A DNA stretch of 34,150 nt from Dehalococcoidia bacterium (lineage in GTDB: Bacteria > Chloroflexota > Dehalococcoidia > GIF9 > AB-539-J10). The position numbers and the translations under genes were made by a program. Of the stretch, positions 8,934-18,242 are shown in pieces (the stretch's first letter is position 1; each line of letters starts with the position of its first letter). The notes under the pieces were generated by a model, which made no database searches, was not told the DNA's origin, and worked only from the letters and a program-made list of their open reading frames with translations. The stretch lies in contig SOHS01000160.1 in assembly GCA_004377135.1 (NCBI GenBank), forward strand, positions 1 through 34,150, read 5' to 3'.

Positions 8934-10739
8934 TTATTTGTTGATGCCGAGTTTGTCCAGAAGTGAATTATCAGGATTACCGGTTGATAAGTCCCAACCC
9001 AAAGCGCGGTAGTAATCATCCTTCAGCTTCTCCAGGGGAACCACTTCTCCTTTGGTTGGGCCGTCGGGCTTGGGTTCATTTAATAATCTTCCTGGCAGCG
9101 TGTCGTCTTCTCGTGTAATGCCTTCACGCATATTGAATAGCCGTTCCCGACATATAATTCTCATACCTGCTTCTTTCAGATCATCAAATGCCCAAGCTTC
9201 TCCAAATAAGGATGAGACATTCTTATCTACGGAGCCAAATACCTGCCGCCCAAATACACAGCATGGAATGGAATCTGCGATCATCTGGCCAATAGCCATA
9301 TTCTTTACCTGCTCCCCTTTGCCTTCTAATTGCAGTCTTGTTCCATCATGGATTTCCACTCTAGCCACCACTCCGTAACCATGATGGCATCCTCCCCGAT
9401 TGTTAATCGCAAATTGTAGGGCTTGGCCGTTGGCACCCCGGCACTCATAGCCACCAAGCTCCAGACCTTTAGCCTGTATGGCAAATGACTCAGACCCTTT
9501 AATTTCTTGTGATGCTCTTCTCACCCCTTCTGATAGCAGCAAGCCGAACCCCTCTTGACTCACTATTTTCTTCAGCATCGCAATCATCGCTTTATCGTCG
9601 CCAAACCGAAGCTCAATGCCATCGGTGTCTGTTGTCCCTATAAGCCCCTTTTCAAAGCATTCCATGGCAAAGCCAATACTTGATCCGGCTGACATGGTGT
9701 CAATACCATTTTCATCACATATCTGGTTCGCAGCAATAATAGCATCCAGTTTGTCAACCCCACAACTCGGGCCAAAGGCATAAATTGTCTCGTACTCAGG
9801 GCCATCACAGTGTGCGCCCTGATAAGGCCCTTTTTCGACCTCCATATATAGAGAACAAGGTGTAGGACAAAAGGGACCACAAGGCTTGTTCTGCCAGGTC
9901 CACTCTTTCTCATGAGAGGGGAAGCTCAGCCTCTCGGCACCTTCAAATGTTCCTCCTTGCCAGTTTCGTGTAGGCAGCAGCCCCAGCTTATTTAGTGTAT
10001 CAACGCTCATGCGTGTACCGTAGCGGCGCCACAAAGTTGCCCATTGTTCGTTTTCCTTTACTCTACTCAAGATATCCTTTCTTATCTTTTCAAATCCGTC
10101 CCTGTCACCAACTTCTATCTTTCCATCTCCATAGATCACTATCCCCTTAAGCTTTTTAGACCCCATAACACAGCCTGAACCCCCTCTGCCAAAAGCACGA
10201 TAGACAGGACCATCAACCATGATAGCCGCGTATCTAAGCAACCTTTCTCCGGCCGGACCAATTGCCATTGTGGCTGCCTTCCTTGCCGATAAGCCTCCCA
10301 GCATTACTCGCTGTGCTTCACCGGATTCCATACCCCACAAAGGGGTGGCGTCCTTGAACTCAACCTTCTGGTTATTTATCTCAAGATAAGTCGGAGAATC
10401 AGCAATGCCGGCAACGTCAATGGCCCATAAACCAGCCTTTCTCATTTGATGTCCAATCGTGCCGCTGGACATTGCATATAAATAGATGCCAGTCAGTGGC
10501 GACTTGGTATTAATAACTGTCTTGGAAGAATAGGACAAATTTGTACCGTTTGATGGGCCAGCAGTAAATATAAGGTGATTCTTCTCACCTAAAGGGTCAA
10601 TCCGCGGGGGTACTGAGTTGTATAAAAGATAGGCTCCCAGACCTCTACCCCCTATATACTGGTTAATTATCCTATCTGGGATCTCTTCGACTCGGTAAGA
10701 CCTGTTCGACAGGTCTATCCTCAGTATCTGGTTTGCCAT
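8934..10739 (-). CDS. aor: Tungsten-containing aldehyde:ferredoxin oxidoreductase family protein
   Basis: ILRIDLS, KSPLTG, GRGGSGCVMGSKKLK, CxxxCxxxC, PEYET, NRGGCH; start moved to ATG 10739 (MANQILR), which has an AAGGAG RBS. Confidence 0.9.
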   Translation of the reverse strand: MANQILRIDLSNRSYRVEEIPDRIINQYIGGRGLGAYLLYNSVPPRIDPLGEKNHLIFTAGPSNGTNLSYSSKTVINTKSPLTGIYLYAMSSGTIGHQMRKAGLWAIDVAGIADSPTYLEINNQKVEFKDATPLWGMESGEAQRVMLGGLSARKAATMAIGPAGERLLRYAAIMVDGPVYRAFGRGGSGCVMGSKKLKGIVIYGDGKIEVGDRDGFEKIRKDILSRVKENEQWATLWRRYGTRMSVDTLNKLGLLPTRNWQGGTFEGAERLSFPSHEKEWTWQNKPCGPFCPTPCSLYMEVEKGPYQGAHCDGPEYETIYAFGPSCGVDKLDAIIAANQICDENGIDTMSAGSSIGFAMECFEKGLIGTTDTDGIELRFGDDKAMIAMLKKIVSQEGFGLLLSEGVRRASQEIKGSESFAIQAKGLELGGYECRGANGQALQFAINNRGGCHHGYGVVARVEIHDGTRLQLEGKGEQVKNMAIGQMIADSIPCCVFGRQVFGSVDKNVSSLFGEAWAFDDLKEAGMRIICRERLFNMREGITREDDTLPGRLLNEPKPDGPTKGEVVPLEKLKDDYYRALGWDLSTGNPDNSLLDKLGINK

Positions 10740-11079
10740 ACATTTGCTCCTTTCGTCATCAAGCGTCTCGTTGAACTTGGCTATCCAGGGCATGATTTCC
10801 TATTTTGAGTCAAGGTAGTCAACGGCCTCGAAGCAGGCGCGTGATGCCTTCACTCACCAGGTACATATAAATGCAATCACTAATCTCCTGGTCTCTGACA
10901 GAATGGCTTATGAAAACATCATGACTCGCGAATCTATAAATACCATAGTGCGGACACAAAGTCAAAGAACAGGGACTTTAATATAGGAGAGAAGCGACAC
11001 CAGGGACACTTTTTTAGCCTCTGGATGCTACTTGCCTCTTTGAATCTTCCCTGTGAAGAACCGCGGGTCAAGATAAATT

Positions 11080-11421
11080 AGGAATACTACTAAAAGACGA
11101 TGATTTGATATTCAGCACACTGGAAGGCAAGCCATTGCGCCATAACACGGTAAGCAGAGCGTGGATTATGCTGGCCGCTCGTGCTGGCCTAAAGGTTATC
11201 AGGCTTCACGATGCAAGGCATACCCATGCTAGTTTAATGCTCAAGCAAGGAGTACACCCCAAAATAGTGCAGGAGCGGCTAGGTCATGCTTCAATAAAAA
11301 TAATCTCGCTACATATTCCCATGTAGCACCCGGCCTTCAAGAAGCCGCTGCGGAGAGTTTTGCTAAACTGGTGTCGCCAAAGTATAATGGGGAAGCCGAA
11401 CCTGTTCAAGAGCATTATTAG
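11080..11421 (+). pseudogene. C-terminal fragment of phage-type tyrosine integrase, frameshifted
   Basis: RLHDARHTHASLMLKQGVHPKIVQERLGHAS, then a 1-nt frameshift near 11302 resumes as TYSHVAPGLQEAAAESF...EHY* (TAG 11419-11421); N-terminus absent. Confidence 0.9.
11360..11388 (+). promoter_or_regulatory. sigma70 promoter inside the integrase 3' end, facing the reconstituted tRNA-Ser
   Basis: TTGCTA (11360-11365), 17 bp spacer, TATAAT (11383-11388). Confidence 0.65.
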
Positions 11422-11437
11422 CAAATTATTAGCAAAA
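11416..11437. repeat. 22-bp repeat, copy 2 (overlaps the integrase stop codon)
   Basis: Identical to 5773-5794. Confidence 0.75.
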
Positions 11438-11476
11438 ATGCTTTATGTAAGGGCTTGGCGGCAAAAATTAGCTTTG

Positions 11477-11561
11477 GGAGAGGTGACCGAGTGGTTTATG
11501 GTGCCGCTCTCGAAAAGCGGTGGGCAGAAATGCCTCGTGGGTTCGAATCCCACCCTCTCCG
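11477..11561 (+). tRNA. tRNA-Ser(CGA), CCA not encoded; contains attR
   Basis: Anticodon arm CCGCT-CTCGAAA-AGCGG, long variable arm, GGTTCGAATCC T-arm, G discriminator. Confidence 0.96.
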
Positions 11562-11562
11562 C

Positions 11563-11651
<89 letters not shown>

Positions 11652-11947
11652 TTAACGGCGCTGAATCAGAAGGAGGATTTAGAACCGGATTCCTTAGATT
11701 TGGATATTAGCATTTGGGGCTTCTTTGCTATACCTCATGCCGCATAGTGATACCAGGATTATTCCACTATCCTGGGAAGAAGGCAATGCGTTGCTTAGTT
11801 ATGGCAACCACAAAAGAGTTGCAAAAGGTTATGATTTTATATAGGCTTACTTGGTTAAGGGATAGTATTTTGATCATGATGGCAAACCTTGTGAATTTAC
11901 TTGCTGGTTCTTGAAAATCTAGGACTACCTTGGTGAAGTAACTAACA

Positions 11948-13252
11948 ATGAAAAATGCTAAGGAAGTTAAGAAATCTGCCGGCTCAGCTAGTTCTGATTT
12001 ACTTCTATCTGATCAGGGCAGCAAGGCTGAGAAATATTATCATGACCTTGTAGCTTTGAGTCGAGTCTCGGCGGCAATCAGTGGTCTACTGGACTTGGAT
12101 GCTATTCTTAATATTGGCTTAGATAATGTGCTTAACATCATGAACGGGACCGTTGGAGGAATAATGCTCCTGGATGAACCTAGTCAGACATTATCCTACC
12201 AAGTCTATCACGGTCTGTCTGATACGTATGCTGAAGAAATGCGTCTAAAAGTTGCCGAGGGAATTGCCGGAAAAGTAGCTCAAAGCGGCAGGGCAATACT
12301 AGTGGAGGACATTTCCTCAGAATCAAATGCCGCTCGGATTGACCTGATAAGTTCAGAAGGTTTAAAGGCATTCATAAGCGTCCCCCTCCGAGCGAAAGAC
12401 AATGTTCTAGGGGTGATGAATGTTGCTAGCCATATGTCGCATCGCTTTACCAAAGAAGATGTGCATCTCCTGCACTCGATTGGGGATCAACTTGGCACAG
12501 CCATTGAGCAGGCAAGACTTCATGAGAGGCTTAGGAAGGCACGGGAACGATTACGCAAACTTGCACGACAGAACCTTGTGGCAGAGGAGGAGGAACGGAG
12601 GAGAATTGCTCGTGAGCTACATGATGAGACCAGTCAATCTCTCTCCGGGATAGCACTTCAGCTAGAAGCGCTGTTGGAAATGTCCTCGAAGTCTGGTAAT
12701 CAAGATGCTGAATTAATTGCTGGACTGAAGAAAGTCCAATCGCTGACAGTGCAGGTACATAAAGAAGTAAGTAGGGTAATTTCCAATCTCCACCCTGCTG
12801 TATTGGATACGCTGGGGTTAGTCGCTGCTGTTCGCCAGCATGCCCACAGTAGGCTTCAGCCCTTGAACATTAACGTAACAATGGAGGTTAGAGGGACTGA
12901 GATTAGGTTTCCTCCTGATGTAGAAGCTGCTATTTTCCGCGTTGTCCAGGGAGCCATTGGCAATATTGTCAAGCATTCTAAAGCAAAGAATGCTTCCATA
13001 GTGCTGGTGTATCAACCAGATGAGTTCTCGCTACGTATTAGCGATGATGGGCAAGGATTTGATGTTTCCAAACTCACCGATGTAGAGGAAAGTGGGCGAG
13101 GCCGTGGATTATTCAGTATGAGAGAGAGGATCGGCTTCCTTGGCGGCACCAGCGGTGTTGAGTCTAAGATTGGAGCAGGAACTACGCTTTGGGCTAAAGT
13201 TCCAATAGGTCAAGACATTATATATGACGAAAATAAGGGTACTGGTGACTGA
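11948..13252 (+). CDS. Cytoplasmic GAF-domain sensor histidine kinase (HisKA_3, NarX/NreB-like)
   Basis: GAF domain, EEERRRIARELHDE H-box, NIVKHS, DDGQGFD, GRGLFSMRER; no TM segment. Confidence 0.92.
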   Translation: MKNAKEVKKSAGSASSDLLLSDQGSKAEKYYHDLVALSRVSAAISGLLDLDAILNIGLDNVLNIMNGTVGGIMLLDEPSQTLSYQVYHGLSDTYAEEMRLKVAEGIAGKVAQSGRAILVEDISSESNAARIDLISSEGLKAFISVPLRAKDNVLGVMNVASHMSHRFTKEDVHLLHSIGDQLGTAIEQARLHERLRKARERLRKLARQNLVAEEEERRRIARELHDETSQSLSGIALQLEALLEMSSKSGNQDAELIAGLKKVQSLTVQVHKEVSRVISNLHPAVLDTLGLVAAVRQHAHSRLQPLNINVTMEVRGTEIRFPPDVEAAIFRVVQGAIGNIVKHSKAKNASIVLVYQPDEFSLRISDDGQGFDVSKLTDVEESGRGRGLFSMRERIGFLGGTSGVESKIGAGTTLWAKVPIGQDIIYDENKGTGD

Positions 13253-13877
13253 CGACCATGCCATCATACGCGATGGTATTTGTGCCTTGCTTTCTCTCAC
13301 CGGGGATATAGAAGCAGTAGGTGTGGCCGCCAATGGAAAGGAAGCATTAGAAATGGTCAGGGAGCTTACGCCTGATGTGGTACTCATGGATATCGCTATG
13401 CCTATTATGGGCGGGGTGGAGGCTATAAGAAGGATACGTAAGGAATTTCCCAAGGTAAAAGTATTGGCGCTGACCCAATATGATGACAAAGCTTATGTAT
13501 TCCCAGTGATTGAAGCTGGAGCCTCTGGCTTCATCAGTAAGACAGCAGCATCTTCGGAACTTACCGCTGGTATCCGCTCCGTTCATCGGGGGGATTCCTT
13601 CCTGTCTCCTTCCGTAGCGAGGTTTTTAGTCGAGGATTATCAACAAATAGCCAGTATGAAAGGAAGTCAGGATCCCTACGAGCAGCTAACGAATCGGGAA
13701 AGAGAAGTGCTTAAACTGGTGGCGGAGGGACATACTACCCAAGAAATAGCGGCTATGTTAGTGCTTAGCCCAAAAACAGTGGAGAGGCATAAGACCAATC
13801 TTATGAGCAAGCTTGATATCCACAATCGTACTGAGCTGGTTAAATATGCCCTGCGCAAGGGCATTATCACCGTCTGA
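13224..13877 (+). CDS. NarL/LuxR-family DNA-binding response regulator
   Basis: DDH, PDVVLMDIAMP receiver; LTNREREVLKLVAEG...LSPKTVERH HTH. Confidence 0.95.
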   Translation: MTKIRVLVTDDHAIIRDGICALLSLTGDIEAVGVAANGKEALEMVRELTPDVVLMDIAMPIMGGVEAIRRIRKEFPKVKVLALTQYDDKAYVFPVIEAGASGFISKTAASSELTAGIRSVHRGDSFLSPSVARFLVEDYQQIASMKGSQDPYEQLTNREREVLKLVAEGHTTQEIAAMLVLSPKTVERHKTNLMSKLDIHNRTELVKYALRKGIITV

Positions 13878-14098
13878 GATTATTACCTCGTAGTCTTCGC
13901 GATACTACTTATTTCCCATACCCCACTAATGGGAAGCGTTATCCACATAAATGAGCGATTAACTGTAGAAAATTGCGGTGATATTTCCCTACCTTCTGGG
14001 GTAAACACCTCTATTCCTTCAGTAGACTGGTTATTATAATTTGTAGTAGCAGGCTAAAATAAGCTTCTAAAAACGTGTAGTTGGCAAGGGGGTGCAAG

Positions 14099-14926
14099 AT
14101 GGAAAAGAACGCTAAAATTCTGCTGGTGGATGATGAGTCAGAGTTCATCGAGGATATGCGAGCTAAATTACTGGCAAAAGGTTGGCAGGTGTTTACCGCT
14201 GGTAATAGATTACAGGCAGAAGAGATAGCGCATCACGAAAAACCTGACCTGATTATTTTAGGAACAATAATGCCGCGTGGAGATGCCTTTCATTTGCACC
14301 AGTGGTTAAAACAGAACCCCAATTTCAGAGAAGTGCCTCTCATTGTGGTTGATGCCCCACCGGAAAAGCGTCTGATTAAGGGGTGGCGTATGGACGAGGG
14401 CTTGAAGCTTGAAGCCGAACAATATTTAATCAAGCCAGTCGAGTCAGATTCAGTAGTGGTCTGGGCTGAGAAATTCCTGGATAAGACACTGAGGAGAATC
14501 AAGGTACTGGTGGTAGATGACCATTCTGTAGTCAGGGAAGGAATTTGCGCACTGCTGAGTCTGCAAAAAGACATGGAGGTAATAGGTGAAGCTGTTGACG
14601 GAAGAGATGCTATTGATAAAGTGCAGCGTCTCATGCCGAACGTAGCGGTGATGGATATAGTCATGCCGGTGATGAGCGGACTTGAAGCAACGAAACGAAT
14701 AACCGAGGAATACCCGGAGACAAAGATTTTGATTCTAACCCAATATGACGAAGAAGAGAACATGTTTGTTGCTAAGCAGGTAGGGGCTTACGGCTTTATT
14801 GCCAAGAGCGCTGCCAGTTCCGACCTCTTGACTGGCATAAGGACAGTAGGTGGAGGAAGATACTTCCCCCGGTCTTTTGCCTACGTGTCTGCCAACTGGC
14901 CGGAGGGTCTGGATAAAAATAAATAA
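14099..14926 (+). CDS. Tandem receiver-domain protein (pseudo-REC + REC), no output domain
   Basis: REC1 ILLVDDE...PDLIILGTIMP lacks the phospho-Asp; REC2 VLVVDDH...AVMDIVMP; ATG 14099 follows a GGGGGTG RBS. Confidence 0.85.
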   Translation: MEKNAKILLVDDESEFIEDMRAKLLAKGWQVFTAGNRLQAEEIAHHEKPDLIILGTIMPRGDAFHLHQWLKQNPNFREVPLIVVDAPPEKRLIKGWRMDEGLKLEAEQYLIKPVESDSVVVWAEKFLDKTLRRIKVLVVDDHSVVREGICALLSLQKDMEVIGEAVDGRDAIDKVQRLMPNVAVMDIVMPVMSGLEATKRITEEYPETKILILTQYDEEENMFVAKQVGAYGFIAKSAASSDLLTGIRTVGGGRYFPRSFAYVSANWPEGLDKNK

Positions 14927-14980
14927 TCCCCTTCGGAAAGCCTTACCCCAACCTGCTGGGTTATGAAGGAGGATATTGGT

Positions 14981-17671
14981 TTGCAGCCGATAACCATTAC
15001 TCTTGATGGTCGTGAGGTAAGTGGCTATCCGGGGACGACCATCCTAGAACTGGCGAAGGAATCAGGTATAGATATCCCCACACTCTGTCATGCCCCTCAA
15101 CTAACTTCGGTTGGGGCTTGCCGTGTCTGTCTGGTAGAAGACGAACGAAATAGTACCTTATTGGCGTCTTGTGTTACACCGATAGCATCAGGGATGGTAA
15201 TCAACACGCATTCCCCGCGAGTTATAGAGCGCCGCAAGACCATAGTTAAGCTGATGCTTGCCAGCCATCCTGATTCTTGCTTGGTATGCGATAAAGGCAA
15301 TCGCTGCCAGCTACGCCAAATTGCCTCGGACCTGGGCATCGGATTGGTAGAGCTTCAAAGAATTCCCCAGATGGCTAGCATTGAGGAGGTCAACCCCTTC
15401 CTTGAACGGGATTTGAGCAAGTGCATATTGTGTGCCAAATGTATTCGCGCCTGCCAGGAACTAGTCGTTGAGGGTGCTATTGACTACTTTCAACGAGGAT
15501 TTACGACCATACCGGCGACACTGAACAATTTGCCGCTGGAAAATTCCGAGTGCACTTTCTGTGGAACTTGTGTGGCCCTGTGCCCTACAGGCGCGCTAAC
15601 TGAAAAGGAGAAAATATATAGAGGAACAACCCAGACTGTTGTCCAGACAACCTGTCCCTTCTGTGGCTGTGGCTGTAGCATTTGCCTGGAAGTCAAGGAT
15701 GGACATGTAGCGCGGATCACGCCGGGCAAGGAAAGATCGGTGCACAAAGGCACGCTATGTGTGAGGGGAAGCTATGGCTGTGATTTTATCCACAGCCCGG
15801 ATAGGTTGCTCAAACCCTTGGTCAAGAGTAATGGTAATTTTGAGGAACTGTCCTGGGAAGAAGCTTTAGAACTGGTAGGCACTCAATTCCAGCGAATAAA
15901 GGATGAATCTGGCTGTGACAGCCTAGCCATCCTGGGTTCCTCTAAGTGCACTAACGAAGAGAATTACCTTTTGCAGAGATTCGCCAGATCCGTGCTGGGC
16001 ACCAACAATATTGATAATGGCGGTCGCTTGTATAACTCTGCCAGCTGTGTCGGCCTGGGATCTTCACTTGGCTTCCCCGGTACTACAAACTATCTTAGCG
16101 GTCTGGAACAATCAGAGCTTATATTAGTTATTGGGGCCGATCCCAGTTCCTCAGCACCTGCCGTCGGTTATGCCATAAAGCGTGCTGTCAAAAGGCAAGG
16201 TGCCAAGTTACTGTTGATAGACCCTCGACAGACAAAGCTCCTTATGTTTGCCCATCTTTGGGTGCAACCCGAGGTTGGCACTGATGTGGCTCTTATAAAT
16301 GGCCTGGCCAAGGTGATTATCGACGAAGGCTTGCTGGACGAGGAATTCGTCGCCAGAAGTACGGATAACTTTGAAGCTTTTAACGAAGGCTTGAAAAAAT
16401 ATACCCTGGAGTATGTTGAGGAGACTACTGGTGTTTCAGGTCAACAAATTCGTGCTGCTGCTCGACTATACGCCAGGGCAAGCCGGGCAGCAATTGTCTA
16501 TGGCACAGGAATCACGCAGCATGTGACAGGAACTGACAGTGTGAAGGCTCTGGCAAACTTGGCGTTGCTGACGGGCAATATTGGGCATAAGAGAGGCGGC
16601 GTCTACGCGCTGCAAAGAGAAAACAATGGGCAAGGCGCCTGCGACATGGGAACATTACCCATATTCCTCCCCGGATATCAGAGTGTAGTGGACGCCCAGG
16701 CTAGGAGGAAGTTCGAAGAAAGTTGGGGAGTAAGCTCGCCGGCTGAGCCTGGGCTAACAGCCTTGGAAATCATGAAGCAAGCAAAAAAAGAAAAGATTAA
16801 GGGCATGTACATCGTAGGAGAAAATCCTGCCTTGAGCTTTCCAAATTCGAGACTCATTATTGAGATTCTAGCCTCCATCGATTTCCTGGTAGTCCAGGAC
16901 ATGTTCCTTACGGAAACGGCTAAACTGGCAAACGTGGTTTTACCTGCGGCAAGCTTCGCCGAAAAGGACGGGACATTCACCAACTTCGAGGGGAGGGTAC
17001 AAAGGGTGCAAAAGGCAATCCCTCCTCTGGGCGAAAGTTTGCCAGACTGGGAGATAATCCTGCGACTGGCTGACAAAATCGGGGCTCCGATGCCATATTC
17101 CTCTCCCCAACAAGTTATGGACGAAATAGTTGACACTTGTCAGCTAGCAACCTATAGCTCATATGAAGGGAATGGCCATACAGAGCCAGAGGCGCAGAGC
17201 CTGTATCAGGCTGAGTCGAGTAGCCATTGGGGAGTCGGGCGCATACATGGGGGGCAGTTCCCGAAAGGGTTTGCCCGCTTTTGCCCGGTTGCGTATGTTC
17301 CACCGACAAAGGCGAAGAAGGGCTATCCCTTTACCTTGCTAACCGGGGGTATCCCTAATCATTTCGGCACTGGCTCTAGAAGCTCCAGGTCTACGCGATT
17401 GAAGAAATTCTCCCCGGAGGCTTTTGTGGAAATTTGTGAGTCTGACGCCAGAAAACTTGCCATCACTGTGGGTGAGAAGGTCAAGGTCATCTCACCTGTA
17501 GGCGAGGTGACTACAATAGCCAAGATTACCGATACACTACGTCAGGGGATGCTTTTTATGCCAGTTTCATACCCAGAGACTCCGGTTAATGAGCTATTCG
17601 ACATTGTCTTAAATTCCGAAACAAAAGCGCCTTCACTGAAAGCATGCAGCGTAAAAATAGAGAAATTGTAA
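14981..17671 (+). CDS. FdhA/NuoG-like molybdopterin-oxidoreductase-fold protein with degenerate active site
   Basis: N-terminal [2Fe-2S], HxxxCxxC cluster, 2x[4Fe-4S], CPFCGCGC cluster, MopB body and binding domain; likely TTG start at 14981 with AGGAGG at 14967-14972. Confidence 0.88.
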   Translation: MQPITITLDGREVSGYPGTTILELAKESGIDIPTLCHAPQLTSVGACRVCLVEDERNSTLLASCVTPIASGMVINTHSPRVIERRKTIVKLMLASHPDSCLVCDKGNRCQLRQIASDLGIGLVELQRIPQMASIEEVNPFLERDLSKCILCAKCIRACQELVVEGAIDYFQRGFTTIPATLNNLPLENSECTFCGTCVALCPTGALTEKEKIYRGTTQTVVQTTCPFCGCGCSICLEVKDGHVARITPGKERSVHKGTLCVRGSYGCDFIHSPDRLLKPLVKSNGNFEELSWEEALELVGTQFQRIKDESGCDSLAILGSSKCTNEENYLLQRFARSVLGTNNIDNGGRLYNSASCVGLGSSLGFPGTTNYLSGLEQSELILVIGADPSSSAPAVGYAIKRAVKRQGAKLLLIDPRQTKLLMFAHLWVQPEVGTDVALINGLAKVIIDEGLLDEEFVARSTDNFEAFNEGLKKYTLEYVEETTGVSGQQIRAAARLYARASRAAIVYGTGITQHVTGTDSVKALANLALLTGNIGHKRGGVYALQRENNGQGACDMGTLPIFLPGYQSVVDAQARRKFEESWGVSSPAEPGLTALEIMKQAKKEKIKGMYIVGENPALSFPNSRLIIEILASIDFLVVQDMFLTETAKLANVVLPAASFAEKDGTFTNFEGRVQRVQKAIPPLGESLPDWEIILRLADKIGAPMPYSSPQQVMDEIVDTCQLATYSSYEGNGHTEPEAQSLYQAESSSHWGVGRIHGGQFPKGFARFCPVAYVPPTKAKKGYPFTLLTGGIPNHFGTGSRSSRSTRLKKFSPEAFVEICESDARKLAITVGEKVKVISPVGEVTTIAKITDTLRQGMLFMPVSYPETPVNELFDIVLNSETKAPSLKACSVKIEKL

Positions 17672-17720
17672 CACCTCGGCTTGTCTTCGACAAAAGGATG
17701 GGGACAAGCCCCCGTGCTAC
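17668..17720. repeat. GTAG-type REP-like imperfect palindrome
   Basis: GTAACAC..GGCTTGTC ... GACAAGCC..GTGCTAC; overlaps the stop codon of the fdhA-like gene. Confidence 0.55.
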
Positions 17721-17750
17721 TTAATATAAGAATAGAAAGGGTGAGGCTTC

Positions 17751-18242
17751 ATGAATAAAGCGAAGACCATCACAAAGGCTGACCTGGCACGAATTAATAT
17801 CATCATTTCTGAATATAGTAGTCAGCAGAAGTGGGCAATGATACCGCTGCTGCAAAAAATCCAAAGTGAGTTCGGGTTTATCCCTCCTCAGTCTGTACCA
17901 TTTATAGCCAGAAGCTTGGGGGTTTTCCCCAGTCAGGTACAAGGGGTGATTAGTTTTTATACCCAGCTCTACACTCAGCCACGAGGCAAAAAAATTGTCA
18001 GAGTTTGTCGAGGGACAGCTTGCCATGTGCGGGGAGGAAAGACGATACTGAAATTGGTTAAGCAGCACCTGGATATAGAAGAGGGCGAGACTACCCCTGA
18101 TTTTGAATACACACTGGAAACCGTAGCCTGTATCGGCGTCTGTGCCCTAGCGCCTAATATGGTCGTTAGTGACCATGTCCACGGTCATATGAACCCCAAA
18201 AAAGTGGAGCAACTGTTTAAGCATCAAGAGGGTGAAAAGTAA
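17751..18242 (+). CDS. NuoE/HydC-like [2Fe-2S] subunit
   Basis: CRGTACHVRGG and ACIGVCALAP thioredoxin-like 2Fe-2S motifs. Confidence 0.92.
   Translation: MNKAKTITKADLARINIIISEYSSQQKWAMIPLLQKIQSEFGFIPPQSVPFIARSLGVFPSQVQGVISFYTQLYTQPRGKKIVRVCRGTACHVRGGKTILKLVKQHLDIEEGETTPDFEYTLETVACIGVCALAPNMVVSDHVHGHMNPKKVEQLFKHQEGEK

Larger units (their letters stand above)
5616..11515. mobile_element. Decayed genomic island integrated in tRNA-Ser(CGA) with 5'-half duplication
   Basis: 39-bp direct repeats at both ends, a 22-bp arm-like repeat inside both ends, integrase remnant beside attR, AT-rich intergenic DNA. Confidence 0.85.

Noticed and set aside
670-11421. The N-terminal (670-961) and C-terminal (11080-11421) integrase fragments as halves of one split gene
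   Set aside because: Opposite strands, adjacent to different tRNAs, different flanking repeats, and separated by housekeeping-type genes
13939-13947. Perfect DnaA box TTATCCACA
   Set aside because: Single copy with no box cluster or replication genes; compatible with chance
16001-16060. Selenocysteine recoding in the FdhA-like gene
   Set aside because: The codon at the ligand position is TAT; the ORF has no in-frame TGA
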